Notes: generated from the letters alone by a model not told the origin. DNA of 64,000 bases from Macrostomum lignano (GCA_002269645.1 NIVC01000006.1:558001-622000), one strand, 5' to 3'. Numbered from the stretch's first letter, positions 1 through 12,970 are shown. Translations and numbers: made by a program.

Positions 1-1194
1 AAACTCACGGAGTAGAATCCTCGTTGACGTACGGCGCGATCGCATGGTTGAGTAAGTAGGCCTGCTTAGTTCTTCCACACTTGAACGTCTTAACAATTTT
101 AGAGTCAGAAAACATGGTAAGGAACAAGCTGGCAGCTTTGTCTTCGCCTGAAAATGACTTTGAGTTATAAGCTGCTTGCCAGGTCTAAACGAATTCAGCT
201 TTAGTAGTGGCACATTGAAGGAGATCATCGCCTGTTGTGCGAGGCTGCCGGTCCACGAACTGGTCCAGAGTCTGCCCTGAGCATGCTAGCCACGTTGCTG
301 ATGTGTTTGGCTGTCTTTATGTGGGTTTTAACCACAGACACTCCTCCCAATACAACGTTCAGTTTGACATGACAGGCTGCACAGAACCCCTCATGGTCAC
401 AAGATCCAAGGTCGCAACCATTTACTTGCATTTAACTGCTCTACCCATCTTGGATCATATACTGTGCAGTGTGTCATTATGCTTGTTAGAATGCTGAAAG
501 AGGTGGTGGCCGGCAGTAGACCTTAATCCTTCATTAAATAGTATATGCCTGCGGTTAAATTTTTTTTCGTGCAGCATAATGCCTCAAAGACTTAAGTGAT
601 AAGTAAACATGTATCCTAGCATAGGAGATAATAACTTAATAAGCTTAATAGACTTAAAACTGATAAATATACTTTTATCCTACCATAAAAGACATTAGAG
701 AGAGGGGAGGGAAAAGTAATAGAAATAAAGAAAGCGGGATCGAGAGACCGAGCGATGAAAGGAAAGTATGAAAGATAAATGACCATTTCCATTTCCATGA
801 CTCTTTCATACAGAGAAGCAATGACAAAAATGAGAAAGTTTTGAGTACGCAGACTCTGGAAGTCGCTATACGAGGAACTCGTAACTGTTAGGCATAAACT
901 AATGCTAGATGTGATCAAACTCAATTGAAAACTTGGAACGGTCACGGTCACGCTAAGCTCGCAAATCTGACGGAGCATTAAAGGCTAAAGCCAGAAGCGA
1001 TAAATGGACAGTTGCTTCGTATTTCTAGAGAATAAACATTAACGCAAGCTATGCTTCTACAAGTCACTGCCATTTAGTTTATATTTAAAAGGTTACAGAG
1101 CACAAAAGTAAAAATCAATAAGAACTACTGTATGCACTTAAAAATTCGCTGAAAAGCTCGAAATCTTGAGAAAAATTTCGGAGTGGCAACACTG
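1..1194 (-). mobile_element. Decayed hAT-superfamily DNA transposon, 5' end, continuing off the left edge of the window
   Basis: The minus strand starts with a hAT-type TIR CAGTGTTGCCA (plus 1184-1194). Transposase remnants run from an ATG at 477, with frameshifts and stops. They include a BED-like zinc finger FCAACHVKLNVVLGG..VKTHIKTAKH and the motif LFLTMFSDSKIVKTFKCGRTKQAYLLNHAIAPY. It lies in an intron of the SMARCD gene. Confidence 0.75.
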
Positions 1195-1332
1195 CGACTG
1201 AAGCCGCAGTTCACTTCATTTAAGCCTCGAACTTGACCTAATAGAATTACAATAATTTTAGTAACTTTTCGGGGCAATTATGATAAATTTTGCTCTAAGA
1301 AGAACTCACTAAATAACTCAATAATTCCCAAG

Positions 1333-4300
1333 GTCGCGCTTTGGACGACGCGTCGCCCTTAACGACCAGCTCAGGCGGGCTGACCACCAGCTCATCGACT
1401 GTGTCGGCTGCGTCGCTGCTTCATTCCGGACAGTCTGGCGCCGGCCTGTCGCACGACCAGTCCACTCTGGGCGGGCCCAATGGCAGGCGTCGGTTTACCA
1501 GCTATCTAAACAGCCTGGTGGTTGAGCTGGACCGGGGCTTGTATGGGCCTGATCAGCATCTGGCTGAGTGGAACAGGGCTGAGGGTTTGCCCGACACGGA
1601 TGGCTTCGTGGTGAGTGTTTTTCTGGTGCCCGTGTAGAAGTCAGAGCGAGTGAATCCTTGGAAGTAGCGAGTACTTAGCGGGAAAACCACCGATGAAATC
1701 AACTTTTTTTACACGGTAGCGCGTTTTTGCCAATTTTGTGACTCGCTACCAAAAAAACGCGCTGGCTCACGGTCAAATACGCGGTGGTTTTCACGGTGAG
1801 AGCTCTCTCGCTGCTTGACTCGGTGGACAACTCGCTAGCCGCTTCACTCACTCGCTCATTCTCTCGCTAATTCTCTCGCTACTGTTACTCGCTCATTCTC
1901 TCGCTACTGTTACTCGCTCATTCTCTCGCTACTGTTACTCGCTCATTCTCTCGCTACTGTTACTCGCTCATTCTCTCGCTACTGTTACTCGCTCATTCTC
2001 TCGCTACTGTTACTCGCTCATTCTCTCGCTACTGTTACTCGCTCATTCTCTCGCTACTGTCACTCGCTCATTCTCTCGCTACTGTTACTCGCTCATTCTC
2101 TCGCTACTGTTACTCGCTCATTCTCTCGCTACTGTTACTCGCTCATTCTCTCGCTACTGTTACTCGCTCATTCTCTCGCTACTGTTACTCGCTCATTCTC
2201 TCGCTCGTTCTCTCGCTCATTCTCTCGCTCATTCTCACGCTCATTCTCTCGCTCATTCTCTCGCTACTGTTACTCGCTCATTCTCTCGCTTGTTGTCTCG
2301 CTAATTCTGTCGGTGTACAAATAATATATTATATATATTATAATAAATATATAAATAATTAATAATTAATAATTTATTTATTCTATTAATAATAGAACAA
2401 GCGAGAGAATGAGCGTGAGAATGAGCGAGAGAATGAGCGAGATTATTTTATATATATATATTATATATATATATATATATAATATATAATAGTATAATAA
2501 TAAAATTAATATTATAATATTAATAATATTTAATAATAATATTAATATTATTATTATTATATATATATATATAATATATATTCGAGCAACAAGCTCGAAG
2601 ACCAGTCGAAGTCAAACGGTAAGTCACGCGGAGGCCGATCAGTTACTGCGGCCGTTGTCCGCGGCGACGGCAACGTGGGATAGACGGTCGGTGCCGGTAC
2701 CAATTTTTCGGCTTCCGTTATATAGAGAAAGAGCAAGACAGCAATTATAACTCTCTTAAAACAAAAACTTATAACTCTTTACTTTCTAGCTACTTTAGAA
2801 GAATGCATAACTGCGTAGTAGTTTTTGGTTTCGGTAGTTTGCTATAGTTTTAGTTTTCGAGTAAATCTAAAGTAGTTTTTGTTTTTTTGGCCAAAAAAGT
2901 TTTGGCAACTGGTCAACTATGAAAAAACAGTAACTGCAAAAAACAACTGAACATGTTACAATCCTTCAATGTAGTCTCCCCCTCTCTCAATGCACTTTTG
3001 GTGCCGCCGAATCCATGCTTCGAATGCGCCATGGTACTCAGAAGCAGGTATGGCCTTCAGTTCTGAATTGATGCACTTAGCCAGGTCCTGGCATCGGTGA
3101 AAATTCCGTCCTGCCAGCCGTTCAGTCAGCTTGGCGAGCACCCAGAAGTCGCAGGGAGCCAAGTCAGGACTGTAGGGTGGGTGGCGGATGGTCTTGATGT
3201 TGTTGGCTGCCAGAAAGTTGGTCGTCAGGGCCGCTGTGTGACTGGACGCATTGTCATGGTGCAGGTGAACTCGCCCAGCTTGAAGCCGTGAGGGCTGAGT
3301 TGCGTGAAGTGACGCCATGACTTGTGGCAGAACCGTACCGGAGTAGAAGCTGGCGTTCACATTCTGTCCATTAGGCACCATGATGACGGCCACGGGCCCA
3401 GATGTGCTGATGAAGATGATGAACATCTCCTTCCGGGACCGAAAGCTGGACCGCAGGACAGTCGGCCTCGCGTCTCCAGAGCCCACCCAGGCCTTGTTCT
3501 GCATCTTCTGGGGCGCTTGAAAAAAAACCATTTCTCATCACCTGTAAAGACGTCGGAAAGCCTCTGGCAGCCTCCTGGACCGAAGTTGCGCAGGAATTCC
3601 TGGCTGCACCGCACCCTCTCCCTCTTCTGCTCTTCTGTCAGGAGGTGGGGCACCCAGCGGGCGGTAACCTTGCGGAGGCCCAGGTGGCTGTGCAGGATGG
3701 TGTGCGCACTGCCATCGGAAATACCGACAGTCTCGCTAATCACAGCGACGGTAATGTTTGGATCCTCGTCCACCAGAGCCCTGACAGCAGCGATGTTGGC
3801 TTCGGTCACAGCTGTGCTGGGTCGTCCAGACCGGGGGTCGTCGTTCAAGGAGGCCCGTCTGGCGTTGATGGACTCTATCCACCTGGCGACCGTGCGGTAG
3901 GAAGGGGCTTGGTCCCCGACTACCTGGACCAGGTCTGCATGGATTTTGACCGCGCTTTCTCCGAGTCGTGAGCGCATGAAAACGTAGAATAGCCACTGGT
4001 CTGGTTGCACTGGCTCCATTTTTGGCAGAGTCTAAAACACCACCTTGCGTTGGCCACGCGCAAGTATAACACATTCGAGGGAAAAAAGTCATACTCTATG
4101 GTTAAAACCAATGTCTGCGAATTCGTAAAAAAAAATTTCAACGCTTTGTGATATGTACTTTTGGAGATATTAGGTCAGTTGCCAAAACTTTTTGAATGCC
4201 CCTCGTAGTATACGTTCTGGTGCTTTTCTTTTCTTTACTATTTTCTTTACTTTAGCATTTTTTTCGTACAAATCCTTACAATGCGCCGCATAAATGTCAT

Positions 4301-7300
4301 CTTTATGAATTTACCGTACAAAGCCGTACAAGAAGGCGCCGTATGATGTCATCTTCATGAATATCAGTACTATTTCCAGCTTTAAGCCATAAATATACTG
4401 TACCGTTTGAACCAATTTAATATACACAAGTAATTAATTGGTGTGCATACTTCATATGAAAAATCGAGCGCCGTTTTGAGCGCGAAACTGCAACATCCGG
4501 TGAGCTAAGCCACTGCATTTCTATTGTATAAGCGCGTCAAGTCTAGAGATGGGAAATGAGCGAGAGAATGAGCGAGTAACAGTAGCGAGAGAATGAGCGA
4601 GTAACAGTAGCGAGAGAATGAGCGAGTAACAGTAGCGAGAGAATGAGCGAGTAACAGTAGCGAGAGAATGAGCTAGTAACAGTAGCGAGAGAATGAGCGA
4701 GTAACAGTAGCGAGAGAATGAGCGAGTAACAGTAGCGAGAGAATGAGCGAGTAACAGTAGCGAGAGAATGAGCGAGTAACAGTAGCGAGAGAATGAGCGA
4801 GTAACAGTAGCGAGAGAATGAGCGAGTAACAGTAGCGAGAGAATGAGCGAGTAACAGTAGCGAGAGAATGAGCGAGTAACAGTAGCGAGAGAATGAGCGA
4901 GTAACAGTAGCGAGAGAATGAGCGAGTAACAGTAGCGAGAGAATGAGCGAGTAACAGTAGCGAGAGAATGAGCGAGTAACAGTAGCGAGAGAATGAGCGA
5001 GTAACAGTAGCGAGAGAATGAGCGAGTAACAGTAGCGAGAGAATGAGCGAGTAACAGTAGCGAGAGAATGAGCGAATAACAGTAGCGAGAGAATGAGCGA
5101 GTAACAGTAGCGAGAGAATGAGCGAGTAACAGTAGCGAGAGAATGAGCGAGTAACAGTAGCGAGAGAATGAGCGAGTAACAGTAGCGAGAGAATGAGCGA
5201 GTAACAGTAGCGAGAGAATGAGCGAGTGACAGTAGCGAGAGAATGAGCGAGTAACAGTAGCGAGAGAATGAGCGAGAGAATGAGCGAGTAACAGTAGCGA
5301 GAGAATGAGCGAGTAACAGTAGCGAGAGAATGAGCGAGTAACAGTAGCGAGAGAATGAGCGAGTGACAGTAGCGAGAGAATGAGCGAGTAACAGTAGCGA
5401 GAGAATGAGCGAGTAACAGTAGCGAGTAACAGTAGCGAGAGAATGAGCGAGTAACAGTAGCGAGAGAATGAGCGAATAACAGTAGCGAGAGAATGAGCGA
5501 GTAACAGTAGCGAGAGAATGAGCGAGTAACAGTAGCGAGAGAATGAGCGAGTAACAGTAGCGAGAGAATGAGCGAGTAACAGTAGCGAGAGAATGAGCGA
5601 GAGAATGAGCGAGAGAATGAGCGAGTAACAGTAGCGAGAGAATGAGCGAGAGAATGAGCGAGTAACAGTAGCGAGAGAATGAGCGAGAGAATGAGCGTGA
5701 GAATGAGCGAGAGAATGAGCGAGAGAATGAGCGAGAGAATGAGCGAGTAACAGTAGCGAGAGAATGAGCGAGTGACAGTAGCGAGAGAATGAGCGAGAGA
5801 ATGAGCGAGTAACAGTAGCGAGAGAATGAGCGAGTAACAGTAGCGAGAGAATGAGCGAGTAACAGTAGCGAGAGAATGAGCGAGTAACAGTAGCGAGAGA
5901 ATGAGCGAGTAACAGTAGCGAGAGAATGAGCGAGTAACAGTAGCGAGAGAATGAGCGAGTAACAGTAGCGAGAGAATGAGCGAGTAACAGTAGCGAGAGA
6001 ATGAGCGAGTAACAGTAGCGAGAGAATGAGCTAGAGAATGAGCGTGAGAATGAGCGAGAGAATGAGCGAGTAACAGTAGCGAGATAATGAGCGTGAGAAT
6101 GAGCGAGAGACAATAGCGAGAGAATGAGCGTGAGAATTTTTACAAAAAATGCTTTTAGCGAGTCAGCACCGTGCGAAAATGAGCGAGTGCAGGGACATAA
6201 ACTCGGTGTATTTTGCACGCTCTTTGAATTTTTTTAGCGCGTTAACTCGCTCTAACTTTTACACGGGGTGTTTTACTAGACTCAGAGTAGGTTAGTTTCA
6301 TATCTGTCAGGCTTCAGTAGGTCTCATAATATCTGTCAGGCTTCAGTAGGTCTCAAAATATCTGTCAGGCTTCAGTAGGTCTCATAATATCTGTCAGGCT
6401 TCAGTAGGTTTCATAATATCTGTCAGGCTTCAGTAGGTCTCATAATATCTGTCAGGCTTCAGTAGGTCTCATAATATCTGTCAGGCTTCAGTAGGTCTCA
6501 TAATATCTGTCAGGCTTCAGTAGGTCTCAAAATATCTGTCAGGCTTCAGTAGGTCTCATAATATCTGTCAGGCTTCAGTAGGTTTCATAATATCTGTCAG
6601 GCTTCAGTAGGTCTCATAATATCTGTCAGGCTTCAGTAGGTCTCATAATATCTGTCAGGCTTCAGTAGGTCTCAAAATATCTGTCAGGCTTCAGTAGGTC
6701 TCATAATATCTGTCAGGCTTCAGTAGGTCTCATAATATCTGTCAGGCTTCAGTAGGTCTCAAAATATCTGTCAGGCTTCAGTAGGTCTCATAATATCTGT
6801 CAGGCTTCAGTAGGTCTCATAATATCTGTCAGGCTTCAGTAGGTCTCATAATATCTGTCAGGCTTCAGTAGGTCTCATAATATCTGTCAGGCTTCATGGT
6901 CAGTGAGTCTCATAACTCTCAGACGTCACAGTAATGCTTCATACCAACCAATAACCCCCCATCTGTCTCCAGGTGCGCAGGGCCGGCGAGTCGCCAGTCC
7001 GAGTAACGGTGCTGCTGACCCCTGAGCAGCGACCCCCTCGCTACCGCTTGCAGCCTCAGCTGGGCCGCCTGCTCGGGCTGCACACGGGCACCCAGGCGCA
7101 GGCGGCGCACGCTTTCTGGCGCTACGTTGCCGCCAAATCCCTGCTGGACCCGCTGGACAGAGCCTGTCTGGTGCTGGACCAGCCGCTGGGCGAGCTGTTC
7201 AGATCGGATGGCCAGGCCAGCAAAGAGCCGGTGAGAATTCCTACAGCTGATGTGCCCAGGCGGCTGGCCCAGCTGCTGCTGCCGATGGAGCCGCTGTCTC

Positions 7301-10300
7301 TAAACTATCTAGTGTCGGCCGAGGCCGGGGTTAAACGCTGCGTTAATTACGAATTAGAATTGGACGCTGAAGATTCTGGCGTGTTGTCTGCTGCTGCTGA
7401 GCCTGTTGCTATGAGCGGATCTACTTTGCAGGTTAGTGATCAGTTGATTGTGCCTCGTGAACTGAAAATATCAACACAACTCTAAATGAGACACAATGTA
7501 GAAGGTGAGAGACACAAATGAAGGACAGGTGAGAGACAAATGGGGAAGAGGTGAGAGTCATAAATGGGGAGAGGTGAGAGACACAAATGGGGGAGAGGTG
7601 AGAGACACAAGTGGAAGAGAGGTGAGAGACACAAGTGGGGGAGAGGTGAGAGACACAAATAGGGAGAGGTGAGAGACACAAGTGGAAGAGAGGTGAGAGA
7701 CACAAGTGGGGGAGAGGTGAGAGACACAAATAGGGAGAGGTGAGAGAAACAAATAGGGAGAGGTGAGAGACACAAATGGGGAGAGGTGAGAGACACAAGT
7801 GGGGGAGAGGTGAGAGACACAAATAGGGAGAGGTGAGAGACACAAGTGGAAGAGAGGTGAGAGACACAAGTGGGGGAGAGGTGAGAGACACAAATAGGGA
7901 GAGGTGAGAGAAACAAATAGGGAGAGGTGAGAGACACAAATGGGGAGAGGTGAGAGACACAAGTGGGGGAGAGCTGAGAGACAATTGGGGTAGAGGTGAG
8001 AGACACAATTGGTAGAGAGGTGAGAGACACAAATGGGGAGAGGTGAGAGACAAATAGGGAGAGGTGAGAGAAACAAATAGGGAGAGGTGAGAGACAAATG
8101 GAAGAGAGGTGAGAGACACAATTGGTGGAGAGGTGAGAGACACAATTGGTGGAGAGGTGAGAGACACAAATAGGGAGAGGTGAGAGACACAAATGGGGAG
8201 AGGTGAGAGACACAAGTGGGGGAGAGCTGAGAGACAATTGGGGTAGAGGTGAGAGACACAATTGGTAGAGAGGTGAGAGACACAAATGGGGAGAGGTGAG
8301 AGACACAAGTGGGGGAGAGGTGAGAGACACAAATAGGGAGAGGTGAGAGACACAAGTGGGGGAGAGGTGAGAGACACAAATAGGGAGAGGTGAGAGACAC
8401 AAGTGGAAGAGAGGTGAGAGACACAAGTGGGGGAGAGGTGAGAGACACAAATAGGGAGAGGTGAGAGAAACAAATAGGGAGAGGTGAGAGACACAAATGG
8501 GGAGAGGTGAGAGACACAAGTGGGGGAGAGCTGAGAGACAATTGGGGTAGAGGTGAGAGACACAATTGGTAGAGAGGTGAGAGACACAAATGGGGAGAGG
8601 TGAGAGACAAATAGGGAGAGGTGAGAGAAACAAATAGGGAGAGGTGAGAGACAAATGGAAGAGAGGTGAGAGACACAATTGGTGGAGAGGTGAGAGACAC
8701 AATTGGTGGAGAGGTGAGAGACACAAATAGGGAGAGGTGAGAGACACAAATGGAAGAGAAATGAGAGACACATGGAGGAGAGGTGAGGCCGTAGGAAGAA
8801 TAGCTCCCGATCCGGTCTAGACCACCGAACAACCGCAGGAGCTGAACGCCACGGAAAGCCGCATCTCGGACACCCTGGACCAGATGAATTCGGCCGCTGA
8901 GCAGGCGGAATTCTTCGCCGATTTCGCTTCCAACCCTCAGCAGTTCCTCACCAGCGCTCTGTTGAAAAGCGGCGGTGCTAACTCGACAAGTCAGCAACAG
9001 CCGCAGTCGCAGAGGCAGCAGCAGCCGCAGGCTGATCCAGACAAAGAGCGTCGAGCCGCCTTCTTTCAGGGCGGCTGGCTACCGGAGGCTACGGCAATAT
9101 ATTTTGCCGAAAAGGTTGGTTTTTTAGAAGCTAAAATGGCTTATTCAACTTAAAAGGTTATCGTAATAAGGTCATACTTAAAAGTGTCTGTAGATAGATC
9201 CCAGTGTCTGTATATAGATCCCAGTGTCTGTATATAGATCCCAGTGTCTGTATATAGATCCCAGTGTCTGTATATAGATCCCAGTGTCTGTATATAGATC
9301 CCAGTGTCTGTATATAGATCCCAGTGTCTGTAGATAGATCAAGTGTAGATAGATCCCTGTGTCTGTAGATATATCCAGTTTCTGTATATAGATTTCAGTG
9401 TCTGTAGATAGATCCCAGTGTCTGCAGATATATCCTGTGTCTGTAGATAGATCCCAGTGTCTGCAGATATATCCTGTGTCTGTAGATAGATCCCAGTGTC
9501 TGCAGATATATCCTGTGTCTGTAGATAGATCTCAGTGCTGTAGATAGATTTCAGTGTCTGTAGATAGATCCCAGTGTCTGTAGATGGATCCTAGTGTCTG
9601 TAGATAGATTTCAGTGTCTGTAGATAGATCCCAGTGTCTGCAGATATATCCTGTGTCTGTAGATAGATCCCAGTGTCTGCAGATATATCCTGTGTCTGTA
9701 GATAGATCCCAGTGTCTGCAGATATATCCTGTGTCTGTAGATAGATCTCAGTGCTGTAGATATATTTCAGTGTCTGTAGATAGATCCCAGTGTCTGTAGA
9801 TGGATCCTAGTGTCTGTAGATAGATTTCAGTGTCTGTAGATAGATCCCAGTGTCTGTAGATAGATCTCAGTGCTGTAGATAGATTTCAGTGTCTGTTGAT
9901 AGTTTTCAATGTCTTTAGATAGATTACAGTGTCTTTAGATGTATCCAGTGTCTGTAGATAGATCTCAGTGCTGTAGATAGATTTCAGTGTCTGTTGATAG
10001 TTTTCAATGTCTTTAGATAGATTACAGTGTCTTTAGATGTATCCAGTGTCTGTAGATAGATCTCAGTGCTGTAGATAGATTTCAGTGTCTGTTGATAGTT
10101 TTCAATGTCTTTAGATAGATTACAGTGTCTTTAGATGTATCCAGTGTCTGTAGATAGATTTCAGTGCTGTAAATAGATTTCAGTGTCTGTAGATAGTTTT
10201 CAATGTCTTTAGATAGATTACAGTGTCTTTAGATGTATCCATTGTCTGTAGATAGATCTCAGTGCTGTAGATAGATTTCAGTGTCTTGATAGTTTTCAAT

Positions 10301-11453
10301 GTCTTTAGATAGATTACAGTGTCTTTAGATGTATCCAGTGTCTGTAGATAGATCTCAGTGCTGTAGATAGATTTCAGTGTCTGTTGATAGTTTTCAATGT
10401 CTTTAGATAGATTACAGTGTCTTTAGATATATCCATTGTCTGTAGATAGATCTCAGTGCTGTACATAGATTTCAGTGTCTGTAGATAGATCCCAGTGTCT
10501 GTAGATGGTTCCTAGTGTCTGTAGATAGATCTCAGTGCTGTAGATAGATTTCAGTGTCTGTTGATAGTTTTCAATGTCTTTAGATAGATTACAGTGTCTT
10601 TAGATAGATCTCAGTGCTGTAGATAGATTTCAGTGTCTGTTGATAGTTTTCAATGTCTAGATAGGTTACAGTGTCTTTAGATATATCCAGTGTCTGTAGA
10701 TAGATCTCAGTGCTGTAGATAGATTTCAGTGTCTGTAGATAGATTTCAGTGTCTGTAGATAGTTTTCAATGTCTTTAGATAGATTCCAGTGTCTTTAGAT
10801 ATATCCATTGTCTGTAGATAGATCTCAGTGCTGTAGATAGATTTCAGTGTCTGTAGATAGTTTTTAATGTCTTTAGATAGATTCTAGTGTCTGTAGATGG
10901 ATCCTAGTGTCTGTAGATAGATTCCAGTTTCTGTAGATATATCCCGTGTCTGTAGATAGATCTCAGTGCTGTAGATAGATTTCAGTGTCTCTAGATGGAT
11001 CCTAGTGTCTGTAGATAGATTTCAGTGTCGGTAGATAGTTTTCAATGTCTTTAGATAGATTCCAGTGTCTGTAGATAGATCCCTGTGTCTGTAGATATAT
11101 CCAGTGTCCGTAGATAGATTACAGTGTTTCTAGATTTATTTTAAGGTCCTAATATGGGCCACAGGGTCTTAAAAGTATGTTCTAGTGCTGTTAGATGGGT
11201 TTCTACATATCTTATGATTGTCGCACTCTAAGTAAATGTCGTGTCTATAAAATTAGCGTCTAGATTTTTTGGCTCTTTAGGTGGGTTCTAAGATCTTAAT
11301 ATGCGTTCCAGGATGTCAATATAGCACCCATGATCTCAAAATGGGTTCCAGGGCACTGCTTCCTGTATTAAACACTACTTGATAATGCGAGCTTTTTTAT
11401 TTCAGATTGACAAGCGACGCCAAGAGCTTGAGGAGCTACTTGGAATCCCGTGA
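1333..11453 (+). CDS. SMARCD: SWI/SNF subunit SMARCD/BAF60-like (SWIB domain), 3' four exons; 5' exons lie outside the window
   Basis: Exons 1333-1610, 6973-7431, 8821-9114 and 11406-11453 are GT-AG with consistent phases. Translation contains [30 protein letters not shown]|[42 protein letters not shown] and [15 protein letters not shown]. These parallel the BAF60 motifs [35 protein letters not shown] and RRQELEQALGI. Confidence 0.9.
1855..2290 (+). repeat. 25-bp minisatellite (CTCGCTACTGTTACTCGCTCATTCT)n
   Basis: Direct tandem copies; the reverse complement of the array at 4556-6135. Confidence 0.95.
2894..4205 (-). mobile_element. Mariner (DD34D) transposon with frameshifted transposase and truncated 3' TIR
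   Basis: ORF 4019-3357 has the HTH region, RSGRP, WVPHLL and TGDEKW. ORF 3531-2956 has HHDNASSH and YSPDLAPCD with 34 residues between the Asps. One base is missing in an A8 run at 3520-3527. The 5' TIR CGAGGGGCATTCAAAAAGTTTTGGCAACTG ends at 4205 followed by TA. Only its inner 18 bp survive at 2894-2911. Confidence 0.95.
4556..6135 (-). repeat. 25-bp minisatellite, inverted relative to 1855-2290
   Basis: (GAGAATGAGCGAGTAACAGTAGCGA)n; the 565-aa ORF here is a repeat translation. Confidence 0.95.
6296..6897. repeat. 29-bp intronic minisatellite (ATATCTGTCAGGCTTCAGTAGGTCTCATA)n
   Basis: Near-perfect tandem copies ending about 75 bp before the acceptor at 6972. Confidence 0.95.
7487..8787. repeat. 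Purine-rich ~23-25-bp minisatellite (GAGAGGTGAGAGACACAAATGGG variants) filling a SMARCD intron
   Basis: Tandem variant units with higher-order block duplication. Confidence 0.95.
9184..11125. repeat. ~20-bp minisatellite (CAGTGTCTGTAGATAGATCC variants) filling the last SMARCD intron
   Basis: Tandem degenerate units. Confidence 0.93.
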
Positions 11454-12970
11454 ATTATAGAATTGCTGTCGCCCTGAGCTTGCTAGTGCTGCTTTTTGTA
11501 TTTAGGCATTTATAAATATTACATAAACATTACAATACATGACTTCTATACTCATCCATAAATTCGAATGTTTACTATCTTGTTTTCAATTAATTATGTA
11601 AGTTGTGGCGCTTTTTGTAAATATAAATTTACAATTGTTTAATGCTAAGCAAAATATACTTCGTGTTTTAAATATACGCTGTGCAGCTGCGTAGCAGCCA
11701 TGCAGACTATTAGCACCTATTTCGTAACTGATGCTGGCCAGAATTTTATTAGCTTCTTTGTTCTTGCCGGATTTCATTGTAAATACGCTTGTTATCGAAA
11801 AGTTTGAATTAAGACGAACTTCGACGCAGTCAGTACCGAATAGTTATAAGCATAATGCTCCATAGGTTGCTTTCTTTTGGTATGCCAAGCATTTTTTGTA
11901 TTGAAAATTTATGTACTGTACCTGGTATCTGATCTGTCTAGTTGACTTGCACATCGATCTGTACGTTTAGCCTGGTCATGATGCCGCAGTCATGTTCGAA
12001 ATCCGATTTCTGTTCAACACTTACCAGCCTACAAACTGCATCCTGCTAACATGCAAAAAGTCGAAACGGTGGTTATTGATTCATCAAGCTGTAACTTAAT
12101 TTAAATCATTACAAGCCTCCACGCATCCACGACTGCATGTACGTTCTGTCATCTGATGTGAGGTGACGCAAAATGGGAAGCTCAGCAAAATCATTAGTGG
12201 TGTTAGAAGAAAAACTCGGAGAAATCATTAACTTGCATAATTTGCTTTTAATAGAATGTCTACAACAGGGAGGACGCGGCTGTTGTCAGAAAGTTTTCGG
12301 GTCTAAACTATAAGGAACGGGGTTTTAGCCGTGGTTTTATGCACTTTTAAAACAAAGCTCTAAAGGCAGTAATTAAAAATATACTGCTGGTAAGTCTTAT
12401 GTGTAACTTATTTTTTATTGAAAAAAGAGCTCGAATCGGCTATTTGATTATTAAATCATATTTCCTAAGCGAATAACAGAGTACGTTGGTTCAGCTTAAT
12501 TTACAGTTTCGCTTGTAAATTTCATTCAATCTAAAATCAAGTTCCCTCGTTCCAGACGTTCCTTATAATACGATATTACTGCACTCATTCCATTAGTAGC
12601 CTTTGACTCAGTCAAACGTATTGTAAAAAATTAAAGACTGAGGCAGATAAATTAATATTATAGACAGGGCTTTATTTAGATTAAGGCGCTATGCAATGCC
12701 AAAATCAGGTTTATTATTAAGTTTCGGTAGCTTAGTTTGTTTAACCTAGCCTATTCCTAGGGCCTACGGCCTATGCCCTATCCTAGTGGCTGTCGAAGTC
12801 CTAGAGTTCTAGTAGTTATCTTTGACCTAAAAATAAATTGAAATCTATATTTACTACACCTTTTCAGTCTTTTATAAAGTAGGCCTAGTTAAAAAAGTTT
12901 TGCTATATTAATTATTAGGCCTACAGTCTACTTACTTAGACCTAAATAGGCCTAGTAGGCCTAGTTATGT

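Noticed and set aside
4521-6218. 565-aa ORF and the other long ORFs over tandem arrays (7433-8997, 26445-27056, 31661-32376, 36171-37652, 52125-53042, 56395-57211, 59627-60382)
   Set aside because: They are translations of stop-free repeat units, often open in several frames, and most lie inside introns of genes resolved by splicing.
6255-6280. Possible Helitron 3' end (small hairpin + CTAG)
   Set aside because: The hairpin is weak, CTAG is followed by A rather than T, and no matching 5' TC end was found.
6296-6897. CRISPR-like appearance of 29-36-bp repeats (also 20391-21281 and 57650-57997)
   Set aside because: Units are head-to-tail with no unique spacers, the context is eukaryotic, and no cas genes are present.
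12309-12567. 11-bp inverted repeat TATAAGGAACG / CGTTCCTTATA as a possible small MITE
   Set aside because: The IR is too short and does not extend inward, so it cannot be distinguished from chance.
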